This document shows, one piece after another, positions 63,348 through 64,000 of a stretch of 64,000 bases of DNA. The notes beneath the pieces were generated by a model that saw only the letters and a list, made by a program, of their open reading frames with translations, was not told where the DNA came from and made no database searches. Origin of the DNA: Bilabrum cf. latius (Eukaryota); assembly GCA_965178125.1 (NCBI GenBank), contig OZ237740.1, forward strand, positions 1,302,001 through 1,366,000, given 5' to 3'. Numbering within the stretch: position 1 is the first letter of the stretch; every line of letters begins with the position of its first letter. A program made the position numbers and the translations under genes.

Positions 63348-63552
63348 TTTGTTGCTACTCGCCAGTTGGAGCCTTTTGCCTTTTGATTGCGCCGCACATC
63401 ACATCGGACTGAATTATAATCCGATGTATTTTGGGGTTCGAACCCACACAATCGAGCCCAGGCGTGCTTGAAACGGTCACGCCGGCTTATGTGGCCGAAC
63501 GACTCCGAGTCGTTCAATTTCGGCCCACATTGGCACTTCCTTCCTTCACAAG

Positions 63553-64000
63553 ATGAAGCGACTATGCTCGATTCTGTTGCTCCCTTTTATCGTTGAGCTT
63601 GGGTCAGCACGCACCTCCGTGGCATTCTAGGGCGGTGGGGCGCTGGGACACGCCGCAGCGTCGTATTTGCTATCCAACTTGCAGCTAGTTGCAAACGTCC
63701 AAGCGAATGCTACCGATGCTCAATGCCTTTCTGGTGGATATGACCTCTGCGTTACTGTTGGAAACACCTACTTGGCTCATCAGATTGCGGGCGTGCCTCT
63801 CAATCTGTCTACACTGGGCAGCGAAGCATTCGGCGTAGCGACAAACCAGAGTGGAACGACGCTTGTTCTGGCGGCATATGGTAACGCGTACATCAACAGC
63901 AGCGGGTTTAGCACAGAAGGGCCCGTGAACGGCGCCCTGTACGGGGCATTCGCAATCTTGGAATCGCTCGGATTCGGGTTTCTGCATCCGCTCGAGCCGC
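63553..64000 (+). CDS. 5' part of a secreted protein with a GH20/GH67-N-terminal-like (DUF4838-type) domain
   Basis: Signal peptide MKRLCSILLLPFIVELGSA and TAG at 63628. Motif LGSEAFGV...GALYGAFAILESLGFGFLHP. Open to the window end. Confidence 0.55.

Noticed and set aside
1-64000. Genes are pseudogenes or carry sequencing-error stops
   Set aside because: Interruptions are exclusively TAG, with no frameshifts, TAA or TGA. Catalytic motifs and splice sites are intact. Random decay or general C->T damage would also produce CAA->TAA and CGA->TGA.
1-64000. Pyrrolysine insertion or programmed/leaky read-through at TAG
   Set aside because: There are dozens of TAGs per gene, including tandem pairs, in unrelated eukaryotic proteins with no shared downstream context. 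No pyl genes are visible.
1-64000. TAG = Trp (A-to-I editing), Leu or Tyr
   Set aside because: TAGs sit mostly in polar, disordered segments and align to Q (or E) columns, not aromatic or aliphatic ones. mRNA editing to CAG cannot be excluded without RNA data.
1-64000. Suppressor tRNA(CUA), eRF1, rRNA, transposon or endogenous virus/virophage in this window
   Set aside because: None was recognised by eye, and there is no extended AT-rich island or terminal repeat. A tRNA scan was not possible.

Overview
GC-rich, very gene-dense eukaryotic (protist-type) nuclear DNA with short GT-AG introns (85-153 nt) and intergenic gaps of about 70-400 bp. The style resembles heterotrophic stramenopiles such as bicosoecids, but that is inference only. 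The main result is that the supplied standard-code ORF track is fragmented by a non-standard genetic code. Consecutive same-frame ORFs are separated only by TAG. Reading TAG as sense joins them into 16 coherent genes (14 complete, 2 cut by the window edges) that tile the window. These contain roughly 100 in-frame TAG codons (manual count) and no internal TAA or TGA. Of the 15 genes whose 3' end is in the window, 14 end at TGA and one ends TAG-TAA-TGA. Conserved positions (GH3 KHYILNS*ETNR; PGAP3/Per1 PL*YFGKWP) and CAA-TAG-CAG / CAG-TAG-TAG-CAG runs point to UAG=Gln, with UAA apparently not reassigned. Genes: a PAM2-motif protein, an LRR protein, a cluster of three secreted carbohydrate-active enzymes (beta-helix, GH5-like, GH3 with a PAN/Apple-like insert), a TPP1/Est3-like OB protein, PRUNE/PPX1, PGAP3, a DsbA-like thioredoxin, a ~4100-aa secreted Kelch/IPT protein, a MyTH4 protein with two minisatellites, an SPFH protein, a ~4080-aa RME-8-like protein and several hypotheticals. 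No RNA genes or mobile elements were recognised.
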